From: Octopus vulgaris
Lineage: Eukaryota
Length of the DNA stretch: 64,000 nt
Assembly: GCA_951406725.2 (NCBI GenBank)
Contig: OX597820.1
Coordinates: 21,948,001 to 22,012,000, forward strand
Direction: 5' to 3'
Shown here: piece by piece, positions 24,899-38,806 of the stretch
How the letters are laid out: every line of letters starts with the position of its first letter
Numbering within the stretch: the first letter of the stretch is position 1
Made by a program: the position numbers and the translations under genes
Notes under the pieces: model-generated
Seen by the model: only the letters and a program-made list of their open reading frames with translations
What the model was told of the DNA's origin: nothing
Database searches by the model: none

Positions 24899-26233
24899 GT
24901 GTATATTTAATTTACATAAAATTATTATTTACGATTAGTTGAGACAAACACAAGCAAAACACAAATTCTTTTCGATTTGCATATGTTCGTCAATTCGCTA
25001 CGATCTCTTTAAAGTAAACAAAACAAAACAAAAATTAAGGGGATGGGGGGTGAGGGGTGCTAAATTATTTATTTTTTTCTTTTTGCATATTCGTAATCTC
25101 CGACAACTAAAACCTAAGAATCCGAAAAAAAATTTTCAAAACAATGCATTTTTCAAGTAGAGGTGCGAAACTGCATTAGCCCCCAATTTTTAATGTAGTC
25201 TATGTAGTCTGAATTATAGATGGTCTCATACGGAAGGTTTGTTATTTATTCCCAGGTCTGCATCAGTCAGGATTGACCTGGGCTTAAGCAACGAAAGAGA
25301 ATGGGACATTGTATAATGTACTCCTAGGTGCACCATGTCTGAATAAAAGACAGGATGGCCTCATTTGGAACACCTGTAGCCATAGGGTTGTCATTTGCAT
25401 CATTTTGGAAATGCAGAGAACTAGTCATTGCCCAATGGAAAAATCTATAAGCAACGGCGCTATTGTTCACAAAATGCTTGATATGCGAGAGAAAGATGCA
25501 AAAATAAAAAAAAAAAACAATCATTAGATTAATTTGTTTTGTTTTATCTTTTTAAATCTAAAAATATACAAACTGATATGCTACCAGGTTTACCCCAAAA
25601 ACTCCACAAATATAGTTTTTGGCATACTCTGTTGTATATGCGTGTATGACTAGTATTTCTTCACAGCTGAAGTAAGTTGAACAGGAAGTTGCCTTAAGTT
25701 GCTCTATCAACTCTAATTCTGGCAATTTTTCAATCGCGGAAAATTTTATCTCTTTAAGAAGAATTTCGGAAAGATTACAGACCAGGGTTAGCAAAACACG
25801 TTAGGAATGAGATCCCGACATTTTTTTTAATACGTGTTAAATTGGATTTATGGATATACAAATGATCAGGGGATCAAGTTACATTTGTTAACGAGGATTA
25901 TTGCTCAACTAAATTATCACATAATAAGACCAAATGAAATTCCAAAATCCAGCCGGCCATGATATAAATATGATAAGACGGCTATCAGACATTTTATGGT
26001 TCTAACATTGTATCAAATTCGAATTACTGACATGTTTTTTTACTTGAAGCAATAAATTACATAACGGTAATATAATAAAATATGCAATTTATTTCATGAA
26101 GAAACGGAAAAGATACACTCCACAACCAAGTATTTAATATAGAGCAGTGTCTTTCTGCTATAAATAGTGAAGTACCACTATATATAAATAGCTGCTCGCA
26201 CGTTTAGTTATTTAATTCATATACATTTCTAAG

Positions 26234-26760
26234 GGAGGCGCAATGGCCCAGTGGTTAGGGCAGTGGACTCGCGGTTTCGATTCCCAGACCGGGCGTTGTG
26301 TGTGTTTATTGAGCGAAAACACCTAACGTTTGCTAAAGTTTCTTATTTCTTTGTTGCCCACAAAGGGCTAAGCACAGAGGAGACAAACAAGGACAGACAA
26401 AGGGATTAAGTCGATTATATCGATCCCAGTGCGTAACTGGTACTTATTTAATCGACCCCGAAAGGGTGAAAGGCAAAGTCGACCTCGGCGGAATTTGAAC
26501 TCAGAACGTAACGGCAGAGGAAATACCTATTTCTTTATTACCCACAAGGGGCTAAACACAGAGGGGACAAACAAGGACATACAAACGGATTAAGTCGATT
26601 ACATCGATCCCAGTGCGTAACTGGTACTTATTTAATCGACCTCGAAAGGATGAAAGGCAAAGTCGACCTCGGCGGAATTTGAACTCAGAACGTAACGGCA
26701 GATGTAATACAGCTATGCATTTCGCCCGGCGTGCTCACGTTTCTGCTAGCTCACCGCCTT
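26234..26760. mobile_element. SINE C head (+) interrupted by a SINE B dimer (-)
   Basis: GGAGGCGCAATGGCCCAGTGGTTAGG head at 26234; SINE B dimer at 26344-26760. Confidence 0.8.
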
Positions 26761-27120
26761 AAAATTAATAATATAATAAAGGAAAGCAACGTTACTTATT
26801 TTTCCTTTTCACCTTACTTACTATTTCTTGGCATATTTTGGGGTTTTTTTGTGTCATATCCCAAACGTTGGTGTTAATTTTATTTTGTTTTCTTATTACA
26901 TATCTTCTGAGGTGTTTGTTTTCTATTTTCTTTCTGTTGGTTGTTTTTTTCTTTTTGCATTTTTTTTCTTTTGTCATTATTACCAAACTTCTTACAGAAC
27001 ACTCTATTCACCATCTGTTTAAAGACGATACGCTTACTGAACATTGGTAAACCCTTCCAGGCGTTACAACGTGTATATGTATGTACGTATGCATGTATGT
27101 ATGTATCAAAGTATCAATGT

Positions 27121-27217
<97 letters not shown>

Positions 27218-27782
27218 TATTTATATTTATATATACGTATGCATGTTCACACACATAAGCGCGTGCGTACGGCCGCACGCACGCATACACACACATGCGC
27301 TATATGATATCGATATATTTGTGTTGCAAGATTTTTTGATGTGGAACCCTGTGTTGAAACCGATACTGTTGTAACTTTGGAAGGGATGGGAATGGGGTGG
27401 ATATTTCTGCATTAAAAAACACACGCGCTGTTTACAATCCACTTCTTTTTTGTTATCTAATCTACTAGTCAATGAATATATTATTAATTAATTGTAAACA
27501 AGAACACACTCATTGATTTGATTTTATTATTTTTGGATACACATAAAACGGTGATCAGGCAGAATCGTTAGTGCGTCGGACAAAATGCCTAGCAGCATTC
27601 TTCCAATTCATAACGTTCTGAGTTGAAATCCTGCCTAGAGATCGACCTTGTCCTTAATTCTTTTGGGGTCCATAAAATAAGTTCTATATGAGTGCTGGGG
27701 CCGATATAATCGACTAACGCTCACCCCTGAAACTGCTGGCCCTGTGCCAAATTTGAAACCCCTTACATTCGTACACACGCAC

Positions 27783-27861
<79 letters not shown>

Positions 27862-27959
27862 GGTGTCTGTCTGTCTGCCTATTCATATGTATTGTATCTT
27901 TTGCTATACAGCTTTTAAAGTTATATTACACCCACATATTTTATAGATTGCAGAAAATT

Positions 27960-28125
27960 CGCAGGAGTGGCTGTGTGGTAAGAAGCTTGCTTCTCAATCA
28001 CATCGTTCCGGGTTCAGTCCCACTGCATGGCACCTTGGGCAAGTGTCTTCTACTATAGCCTGGGATCGACCAAAGCCTTGTGAGTAGATTTGGTAGACTG
28101 AAACTGAAAAAAGCCCGTCGTAGAT
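27960..28125 (+). mobile_element. SINE family A, 5' part
   Basis: Head and body up to (TA)n. Confidence 0.8.
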
Positions 28126-28301
28126 ATATATATATATATATATATATCATCGCCTGTCCACTGTCGGCTGTTGCAGGCATTCTGGAGAAGTCTCCGGCTT
28201 GATGATTTCTTCTACCCTCTATCCTAGCAATTTCGAAATCATGGGCACTCTCGTTGCTCGTCTGGTTAAGCTATAAAACAAAAGAGGAAAGAATAAAACC
28301 A

Positions 28302-28360
<59 letters not shown>

Positions 28361-29157
28361 TGTGTGTGTGCAGGCGCTGGCGGAGCTGTGTGGTTAAGAA
28401 TCTGAATTTGTAATCATGTGGTTCCGGGTTCAGTCCCACAGCGCGGCACCTTGGGTAAGTGTCTTCTATAGACCCGTGTCGGAATACCAACTAGGAGCTA
28501 TGGCAGTCACTGATCCTCCCCCACCCCCACCCCAGCTGTCCGGTCTTCGATGTTGCACAGGGTCGAGAGTGAGACGGCTCAGAAGGTGTCTGTGTCTGTT
28601 CACGACTAAACCGGGTACCTAAAACAACCGGTGAAAGCATGGTACAAGACACTACAACACACACGCTTGCAAGAGACGGCAATATGTATCTCTGAAGCTG
28701 TGCATGTACTCCTGCAGTATTCTTCCGTTTGTTAAACTGCACACACACATACACATATATGACCATACATACGTAAGTATATATATTCATACATATATAG
28801 GTATATATATATATTTATATACATACACACACATATACATACATACATACATACATACATACATACATACATACATACATTCATACATACATAACACGCA
28901 CGCCTATGTGGACGTGTTTATATGTTTGTACGCACCTATACAGACACATATTGCAGCATTTTGGCAGCGATTTTGCAAGAGGGAGATTTAAAGAGTCGGC
29001 CGTATAGCTATGAATGTATTTCATGTTAAATCTCACTAAAATTAATTATTTTCCTAATTGTTGGGCCAATTCCAACAATAAGACTTCCTAGGTCATGTTT
29101 TATCCAATATTTCGAGTTTTCCACTTATTACTGAAGTTTATTAAGAAGTATGTAAAA

Positions 29158-29388
29158 GACGGCGAGCTGGCAGAAACGTTAGCACGCCGGGTGTAATGCT
29201 TAGCGGCATTTCGTCTGCCGTTACGTTCTGAGTTCAAATTCCGCCAAGGTCGACTTTGCCTTTCATCCTTTCGGGACCGATAAATTAAGTACCAGTTACG
29301 CACTGGGGTTGATGTAATCGACTTAATCCCTTTGTCTGTCCTTGTTTGCTCCCTCTAAATTTAGCCCCTTGTGGGTAATAAAGAAATA
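29158..29388 (+). mobile_element. SINE family B
   Basis: Full copy with TSD-like AGAA(G/T)TATGTAAAA flanks. Confidence 0.85.
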
Positions 29389-29559
29389 AGAATTATGTAA
29401 AATGTATACATCGAATAAGGAATAGTTTGTATATAAGTGGCAATGTGTGTGTATTTGTGTGCGTGCACGCGCGTAAGTGCGTGTGTTATAATATATATGT
29501 TTATATATATATATGTATGTCCATGTGTGTGTGTGTATTCATTTATGTGTGTATATATA

Positions 29560-29588
29560 TGGTGGTGGTGGTGGTGGTGGTGCTGATG

Positions 29589-29620
<32 letters not shown>

Positions 29621-29809
29621 TTCTCATATGTTGGCACAATGTCAAGAAATTCGGAAGAGGTCAATGATATCAACCTTAGCTCTTAACTGAATCTATGTTT
29701 TATCACCTCCGAAAGGACGAAGGACAAAATTCACCTTGTTGGGATTTGAACTCAGAGCTTACGGAGCCGGAAAAAAAACACGCGTTAATAATTCTGCCAG
29801 CTTCCCGCT

Positions 29810-29884
<75 letters not shown>

Positions 29885-30009
29885 CTTTATAATTTTAGCA
29901 CAAAGTCAGCAATTTTGAGGGGAAGGAGCACGTCGATTACATCGAACCCCCAGTACATGATTGTTACTTTAATTCAATCGGCACTGAAAAGAGAATAATA
30001 ATAATAATG

Positions 30010-30052
<43 letters not shown>

Positions 30053-30102
30053 TAATAATAATAATAATGATAATAATAATAATAATGATACATAACAATA
30101 AC

Positions 30103-30144
<42 letters not shown>

Positions 30145-31582
30145 GCTGAGCCCCGGCGGGATTTGAACTCAGAACGTAATGAGTCGGAAGAAAAACAACT
30201 AAGCGTTTTGTCCGACGCTCGGACGATGATGCTTGCTCGCCGCCTGTTCACAAACAACGATGATGACGATGATGACGATGATGATGATGATGATGGTGAC
30301 GACCACCACCACCACGGTGACGATGATGAGGGATGGGGAGGAGGAGGAGAGGTGAGTGATGACGACGGTGGTGATGGTAGTGGTGGTAATGATGATGAAT
30401 ATGATGGTGGCGGTGGTGCTGCTGCTTTTGATGATGATAATAACGATCTTGATTAGGATGATGATAAGGATGAGGATGACGATAAAATTGAGGATGAAGG
30501 AGGAGGAGGAGAGGAGGGGGAGGAGGGGAGGAGGAGGAGGAGGAGGAGGAGGAGAAAGAGGAGGAGGAGGAGGAGGAGGAGGCGATGGTGGTAGAGGAAG
30601 AGAAAGAGGAGGAGGACACAGAGGAGAATGGTTGGTGGTCGTCGAGGTGGTGGCTTAGAAGAAGAAGAAGAAGAAGAAGAAGAAGAAGAAGAAGAAGAAG
30701 AAGAAGAAGAAGGAGGAGGAGGAGGAGGAGAAGAAGAAGAAGAAGAAGAAGAAGAAGGAGGAGGAGGAGGAGGAGAAGAAGAAGAAGAAGAAGAAGAAGA
30801 AGAAGAAGAAGGAGAAGGAGGAGGAGGAGGAGGAGGAGAAGAAGAAGAAGAAGAAGAAGAAGAAGAAGAAGAAGAAGAAGAAGAAGAAGAAGAAGGAGAA
30901 GGAGGAGGAAGAGGAGAAGAAGAAGAAGAAGAAGAAGAACAAGAACAAGAACAAGAAAAAGAAGAAGAAGAAATAAAAGAAGAAGAAGAAGAAGAAGAAG
31001 AAGAAGGAGGAGGAGGAGGAGGAGGAGGAGGAGGAGGAGACGAAGAAGAAGAAGAAGAAGAAAGAGAAGAATGAGAAGCTATAGAGCAACACGCCCGACG
31101 GCGGTAGTGGTGGTAATGAGTGTGGCGGTGGCGGCGGCAGTGGTAGAAGAAGCTGCAGGGGCAAGAGCAACAGACAGAAGAGAAGAAATATGCGCTGAGG
31201 AGAAGCGTGGCCCATTAGGATGAAAAGTGTTTAAATTATGAAGGATGTGGAAGGGAAATATTTGATTTAATAGCATAATACAAATAGAGTTTGGGTTGTG
31301 CTCCACATTTTTTCGTATTCCTGTATTTTTGCAGTAATCTCTTCAGGAAGCTTCATAGAAATAAATAATAATAATAATAATAATAAATAATAATAAAGAA
31401 AAACACATACACAATAGAACTTTACCTTCCGGCATTGCAGACAAGGTATTTCCTTGAATGAATTAATGAATGGGCGGACAAACAGACAGACAACCAATAA
31501 AAAAGAAAAAAAGAAAAGAAGCCTAGGAGAACAACCTTTAACATTTTGGCAATAGCTAAAAATAAAAATAATAATAATAACA

Positions 31583-31649
<67 letters not shown>

Positions 31650-31651
31650 TA

Positions 31652-31702
<51 letters not shown>

Positions 31703-31705
31703 GTG

Positions 31706-31799
<94 letters not shown>

Positions 31800-31860
31800 T
31801 GATGATGATGATGAGGATGATATGATGATGATGAGGATGATGAGGATGATGATGATGATG
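29560..31860. repeat. Trinucleotide microsatellite complex (GGT, AGT, AAT, GAT, GGA, GAA)
   Basis: Directly visible; includes ~415 bp of almost pure purine at 30657-31071. Confidence 0.95.
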
Positions 31861-31869
31861 CTCTGATTC

Positions 31870-32408
31870 AGTACCAGGCAGTGGCTCTCGTGGTTTCTGA
31901 TCTTAACTGATTGGAGGTGTTATCATGTACATTGTTTTGTCTTGGTATAAAAGATGGGCTACAGCAAATATTCTGCTCAATACCACAGATTTGCTTGTCA
32001 GTTGTTTGACCGTAACCAGTTGGGCATATCCCTTAGTGGTTGATGATATGTGCATCTCTGACCACAAGCAGAAGTAGTGGGGAGGGAGCATCATAGCCGT
32101 GTGTTGAGAGGGATTCTTTGGGGTTTGAATAAATCACCTCTGGAAACATGGGTGTTTCATTCAACATCCTTAAGCGGGATGGGTTACTCGACCAGAAGAA
32201 AATTCTAACTTGGCCCTACCTGCAAGGTCATGCGCTGATTATCGTGATATGAGATCACCATGCCGCACACATATGGTTGTGATGCATGTGCCTAGTGTAC
32301 CCTTATCAGATGGGTAGTCATGATGGGTATACTGGGCTTCGTATATTTTACCCCAGTGTCACTTTGATAGCATGCACTGCTCTCTCACTCAATAATAATA
32401 ATAATAAT
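31870..32408 (+). mobile_element. Probable retroposon 3' region ending in (AAT)n
   Basis: Complex sequence ending CTCTCTCACTC(AAT)n; family not identifiable from this window. Confidence 0.4.
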
Positions 32409-33045
32409 GGTTTCAAATTTTGCCACAAGGGCAGCCATTTTAGGGAAGGGGACAGGTCGATTACGTCGACCTCTGTGTATCACTGATATATATATATATG
32501 CATATATACGACGGGCTTCTTTCAGTTTCCGTCTACCTAATCCACTCACAAGGCTTTGGTCGACCCGAGGCTATAGTAGAAGGCACTTGCCCGAGGTGCC
32601 ACGCAGTGGGACTGAACCCGGAACCATGTGGTTGGTAAGCAAGCTACTTAACACACAGTCACCCCTGCGCCTACGCACACTAAAAACGAAGTTCCTTTGG
32701 GCAGTTCATCTGAGGCAGAGGAGCAACACAGGTCACCAGTCGGTATATTACTACTTTTTAATTACTTTATTCATAGAAAGGCAGAGAATTAGCAGAATCG
32801 GCAGAGCGTCGCACAATATGCTCCGTGATATTTAGTTATTCGAAGTCAACTTTGCCCCTTATCATCTCGGGATTGGACAGATATGGTAACTGTGGAAAAC
32901 TGGGGGTAGTTAGATAAAATATTAGCGAACTACCGGTGAAGGGGTTAGATAATGCAACAGTGAAGTACTAGGGCTAGATAAAGTAACAATAAAGTACTAA
33001 GGCCGTACAAGGTACCAGCAATGGACAAGGTGTAGATAATGTACC

Positions 33046-33466
33046 TATTTCTTTACTACCCACAAGAGGCTATAAACACAGAGAGGACAAACAAGGACAG
33101 ACAAACGGATTAAGTCGATTATATCGACCCCAGTACGTAACTGGTACTTATTTAATTGACCCCGAAAGGATGAAAGGCAAAGTCGACCTCGGCGGAATTT
33201 GAACTCAGAAGTTAGCGGCAGACGAAATACCTATTTCTATTTCTTTACAACCCACGAGGAGCTAAACACAGAGAGGACAAACAAGGACAGACATAGGTAT
33301 TAAGTCGATTACATCGACCCCAGTGCGTAACTGGTACTTAATTTATCGACCCCGGAAGGAAGAAAGGCAAAGTCGACCTCGGCGGAATTTGAACTCACAA
33401 CGTAACGGCAGACGAAATACCGCTGAGCATTTCGCCCGGCGTGCTAACGTTTCTGTCAGCTCGCCT
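33046..33466 (-). mobile_element. SINE B dimer with 13-bp TSD
   Basis: TAGATAATGTACC on both sides. Confidence 0.85.
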
Positions 33467-34259
33467 TAGATAATGTACCAGCAAGGTTGTATTGGCGAAA
33501 TTCAGGAAGCATGGAATGTTTTTGGAAGATGCAGTACCCTGAGAGCTAACGACTAACGTGGCTAATTTATTTCATGCTTCGACATTGAATTTTGAGAAGC
33601 ATGGAATATTTCAAGGATGCTGTGTCCTGGGATTTAACGAATGATGCCAGTAATTTATTCTTCCTCCTTTAAGTTCGAATCAATAAACTTTCGAAAGGGA
33701 GACAAATCGACGTGTTTAATGGGTAAGAAAGTAAAGATACAGTGAATTCGTTATTCAGAATTATGTTTATTTAGCATAAATTTACTGATGCTTCTACATC
33801 TGGGTTGTATATTCTCTCAAATAAATGCATAGAAAGCACTCATACTTTTAAATTTGTAAATATATGCTTTCCGTTTTATTATTTTATTGTTTTACTAATA
33901 AAAATTCGCTTGATAATATTCTGGCTGTATAAAGTTATCTCTCTTGACTAGTGAAAAACGACAGAAATTGGGAGTTACGTTTTAATGTAAACATGATACA
34001 TGCATGCATACATACATACACACATACATACATACATAGGTATACAGTTATGTGAAAACAAAACACGTACAATACTCAATTATTTTACTCAAAACAATTA
34101 AGTTACAATAAAAGTATTATTATAGTTATGATAAATGTACTATTATGATAAATTATGATAAACTAATTTAATGCGGTGATAATTTTAATGAATTAAATAT
34201 TATAACATTGATGTGATACTTACTTTGCACCCACCATGTATATATATATATATATATAG

Positions 34260-34340
<81 letters not shown>

Positions 34341-34586
34341 TATATATATATATATGTATGTATGTATATATATATGTATGTATATTATTTCTTGTACTCT
34401 ATTTTTTTGATGTTTTTAAATAAATGTCCAGTTCCTTTCGTTTGTGTCTATGTTTCCGTTTCTCATTGTGTTCGACGTCCTTTTGGTGTCCTGTACTCAT
34501 ATATGCGTGTATATGTACATGTAGAGGTAGGTACGTACATATATGTTTATATATATGCATATGCTTTATTTTATTTATTAATATAT

Positions 34587-34636
<50 letters not shown>

Positions 34637-34959
34637 TATGTATATATATGTATATATATATACATATATGTATATATATATGTGTGTGTCTGTGTGTGTG
34701 TGTATACGTTGTTCAACTTATAATCATATTGAGTTACCTCCCTGGAACTACAAAAGTGAAACAACTAAACGTTTTCGATAAAGAACGACTTATATAGATT
34801 TTTCTTATCAACTACAAGAAAAATTCGATAAAAAACAGAAAAAACGTATTTGAAAATTGCTTAGATACATCTGTGTTGCCCAACTTTTTCCCGTTTATTT
34901 TTATTTCATCTGTTCTCAAAAATAAGTAAATAAAAATTCATAGTTTTAAATAATTTCTT

Positions 34960-35046
<87 letters not shown>

Positions 35047-35181
35047 GGATGGATTGATAGACGCATAGAAACATAGATAGAAAGACAGAGAGAGAGGGGG
35101 ATCAATAGCTAGATAATTATACATTCATTTAAATCATATATGTATGTGTGTGTGTGTGTGTGTGTGTGGGTGTGTGTATCT

Positions 35182-35240
<59 letters not shown>

Positions 35241-35253
35241 TATACATATATAC

Positions 35254-35331
<78 letters not shown>

Positions 35332-35762
35332 TATACTTGCTTACCAGCCACATGGTTCCAGGTTCAGTCCCACTGCGTATCACCTTGGGTAAGTGTCTTC
35401 TAGTATAGCCTCGGACCGCCCAAAAACCTTTTAAGTGGAATTGGTAGACGGAAACTGAAAGAAGCCCGTATTAGCGATAATTATACACCATAGCTGGAAA
35501 TTGTTTGCTGATGAGTGTAGGAGATAATCCCCTTCTTTTTTCCCTCATAGCCGACAGGAGGCGTAACTGAAGGAGGTCGACACAGCCGGGAGGTGATGAC
35601 CAGCAGGGAAGGGAGATAATCCCCATTGTTTATATCTATCCCTTCCCACTCCATATTTTAAATAGGCCATAGGCCAACAGGTCTTAGGGTCCGAAGACAT
35701 GACATAGAGGTATCCTTTATGGCGAGAAACCCAGGATAACCCTATAAACGGGTTTCCACCAG

Positions 35763-36160
<398 letters not shown>

Positions 36161-36161
36161 C

Positions 36162-36206
<45 letters not shown>

Positions 36207-36232
36207 CATACATACATACATACATACATACA

Positions 36233-36296
<64 letters not shown>

Positions 36297-36300
36297 CCAT

Positions 36301-36359
<59 letters not shown>

Positions 36360-36754
36360 CTATAATTAAAAATTAAAGTTTATATATGAAAATTTTGGAA
36401 ATCTGCCGAAACGATCGTTGTGATAAATAAAGTTTCCAGTAATTCTGTCTTCGTATCAATCATTTAGGTTGTGTGTGTGTGTGTGTATATTTTTTACTGA
36501 AGAACGAATTATATTATTAGTTTCGAGGTTTTATCTGTTGATACGTTTTCTATAACAAGCTGTTACGCAGGCACACATTCAAAATACACAAAGGAAGGCA
36601 AAACACACAGACACAAAAATTGCGTTAACGTTTTTATAGCTGGACGAATGTACAGCCGGACAAGAGCGATAAGATATGAATTTATTTGATTACTGCGTTC
36701 GGGTGACGCAACTAACATTTATAGGACAGAGACACAAAACCATATGCACATAAA

Positions 36755-37150
36755 TGGAATGGAATAGAAGCACTCCGTCGGTTACGACGACGAGGGTTCC
36801 GGTTGATCCGAATCAACGGAACAGCCTGCTTGTGAAATTAACGTGTAAGTGGCTGAGCACTCCACAGACACGTGTACCCTTAACGCAGTTCTCGGGGATA
36901 TTCAGCGTGACACAGAGAGTGACAAGGCCGGCCCCTTTGAAATACAGGTACAACAGAAACAGTAAGTAAGAGTGAGAGAAAGTTGTGGTGAAAGAGTACA
37001 GCAAGGATCACCACCACCCCTTGCCGGGGCCTCGTGGAGCTTTAGGTGTTTTCGCTCAATAAACACTCACAACGCCCGGTCTGGGAATCGAAACCGCGAT
37101 CCTACGACCGCGAGTCCGCTGCCCTAACCACTGGGCCATTGCGCCTCCAC
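36755..37150 (-). mobile_element. tRNA(Arg-like)-derived SINE family C, full length
   Basis: Head GGAGGCGCAATGGCCCAGTGGTTAGGGCAGCGGACTCGCGGTCG...GGTTTCGATTCCC; long body ending GACGGAGTGCTTC(TATTCC). Confidence 0.8.
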
Positions 37151-37454
37151 ATGCGCATAAATACAGAGTACGGCAAAAAAAGCCTTTCATATAAATAATC
37201 TTTTCAGTAGAAAACACACGGTAGGCACCAGTCTAAACCCTGTTGGTAAAAGAGGGTGGCTATATTGTGGTCATAACCGACGAATGTAACTTCAAATGTT
37301 ACGTTCAGAGTATGGTTGATGCCTGACGGCGGGTATTCGTTTTGCTGTACGTTTCTGAACAATTTCCAGAAGATTTATATGCTGAGCAACATAGGGGTTC
37401 CAAACTGGTGATGCAAATTCCAAGTGTGGACGTACCATTGTCATAAAAAAAATA

Positions 37455-37897
37455 ATAAATGCACCCTTTTAAAACCTAGCCAGGATCATGGGCCCGGTTT
37501 CCCGGTTTCTATGGCGTATGGGTTCTCCAGCTGGACGGGGCGCCAGTCCAACGCAGCTTTACTCATTTCTGCCAGCTGAGTGGACTGGAGCAACGTGAAA
37601 TGAAGTGTTTTGCTCAAGAACACAACGCGTCGCCCGGTCCAGGAATCGAAACCACAATCTTACGATCATGATGCTGACACCCTAACCACTAAGCCACGCA
37701 CCTCCACAAAATAAATGCGCCCTTTTTAAAGCCTAGCCAGGATCATGGGCCCGGTTTCTATGGCGTGTGTGTTCCCCAGCTGGATGGGACGCCAGTCCAT
37801 CGCAGAAGAACACAACGCGTCGTCTGGTCCAGGAATCGAAACCACAATCTTACGATCATGGTGCTGACACCCTAACCACTAAGCCACGCGCCTCCAC
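37455..37897 (-). mobile_element. Two tandem SINE D copies
   Basis: Reverse complement of the 23056 element twice; one copy internally deleted. Confidence 0.8.
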
Positions 37898-37898
37898 C

Positions 37899-38010
37899 CA
37901 TTGCCATATACAATTTTAAATATATACCTGGAGACCGGCTGACAAAGGTCTTACTGAGTGATGCTAGGACACCCTCAGCCTTCTTGACAATCTTCGAGAT
38001 TTTCCCATTT
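37899..38010 (-). pseudogene. Small CR1 RT C-terminal fragment
   Basis: ISKIVKKAEGVLASLSKTFVSRSPGIYLKLY parallels AANKARGILFLIRRSFGMLTAAIFLPLY in the CR1 ORF above. Confidence 0.55.
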
Positions 38011-38457
38011 CTTTGCAGATTTTTACCAATTTCAGATATTTGCTCCTTTCTTTCAGTCGGGTTCACAGTGTCGAAACCTTGTTGTACGTGATAAAGCGAT
38101 CGTGCCTGGACAAGTCCTCTTACCCTCTTTCCACTGCCTTGTTTGTTTGTTTGGTTTTTTTTGTTGTTTTTTTTTTTTTTTTGCTTTTTTTTCTCTCATA
38201 TCCTTTTCAGATCTTATCCTTTACTTCATTCGTCCTCTTTCATTTTCTTTTTGTTCTAATCTTGATCCTGTTCAGCGATCCTTTTCTGCTTTTTGAGCTT
38301 TGTTTGAATGCCACGTCTTAAAACAGTGATTAGTTGTCTGGTGTGACTCACATTGATCATACACTAGTGTTCTTTTACAATAGGCATGGCGGCTCTGTGG
38401 TTAAGAAACCCGATTTGCAACCACGTGGTTGCGACACCTTGGACAAGTAACTAACAC

Positions 38458-38571
38458 ACGGCTCGGCTATATCACCAGTTCTTGTCTGATCACCGAAGTT
38501 AAGTGAAGTCCAGCCTAGTTAATACTTAGATGGGTGACCGCTTGGGAAACTTAGGTCCTGTAAACGTCTTT
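38458..38571 (+). pseudogene. 5S rRNA pseudogene or 5S-derived head
   Basis: TCTTGTCTGATCACCGAAGTTAAG...GCCTAGTTAATACTTAGATGGGTGACCGCTTGGGAA...GGTCCTGTAAAC...TTT matches 5S rRNA including A and C boxes; many substitutions, damaged 5' end. Confidence 0.8.
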
Positions 38572-38574
38572 ATA

Positions 38575-38806
38575 AAGCGGCGAGCTGGCAGAAACGTTAG
38601 CACGCTGGGCGAAATTTTTAGCAGTATTTCGTCTGTCTTTACGTTCTGAGTTCAAATTCCGCCGAGGTCGACTTTGCCGTTCATCCTATCGAGATCGATA
38701 AATTAAGTACCAGTTACGCACTGAGGTCGATGTAATCGACTTAAGCCCTTTGTCTGTCCTTGTTTGTCCCCTCTATGTTTAGCCCCTTGTGGGCAATAAA
38801 GAAATA
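38575..38806 (+). mobile_element. SINE family B
   Basis: Full copy directly after the 5S-like segment. Confidence 0.85.

Larger units (their letters stand above)
23489..25183. mobile_element. Long-TIR non-autonomous DNA transposon with nested insertions
   Basis: GGGGTTAATGCACTTTCGCACCTCT... / ...AGAGGTGCGAAACTGCATTAGCCCC; inverted homology continues ~200 bp once the 23588-24108 insert is removed; flanks CAATTTA/CAATTTT; superfamily not assigned. Confidence 0.7.

Noticed and set aside
25558-25794. 78-aa non-repetitive minus-strand ORF
   Set aside because: No recognisable domain and no convincing splice boundaries
30007-31223. Poly-E/G, poly-R and poly-N ORFs
   Set aside because: Trinucleotide repeats open in several frames with no splice or domain support
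35500-35760. CTGATGAG core near a GC-rich insert
   Set aside because: No GAAA with compatible stems I-III could be identified
37075-37150. tRNA gene-like sequence (also at 23056, 26234, 44612, 47251)
   Set aside because: These are SINE heads that run into repeat bodies and lack a proper acceptor stem
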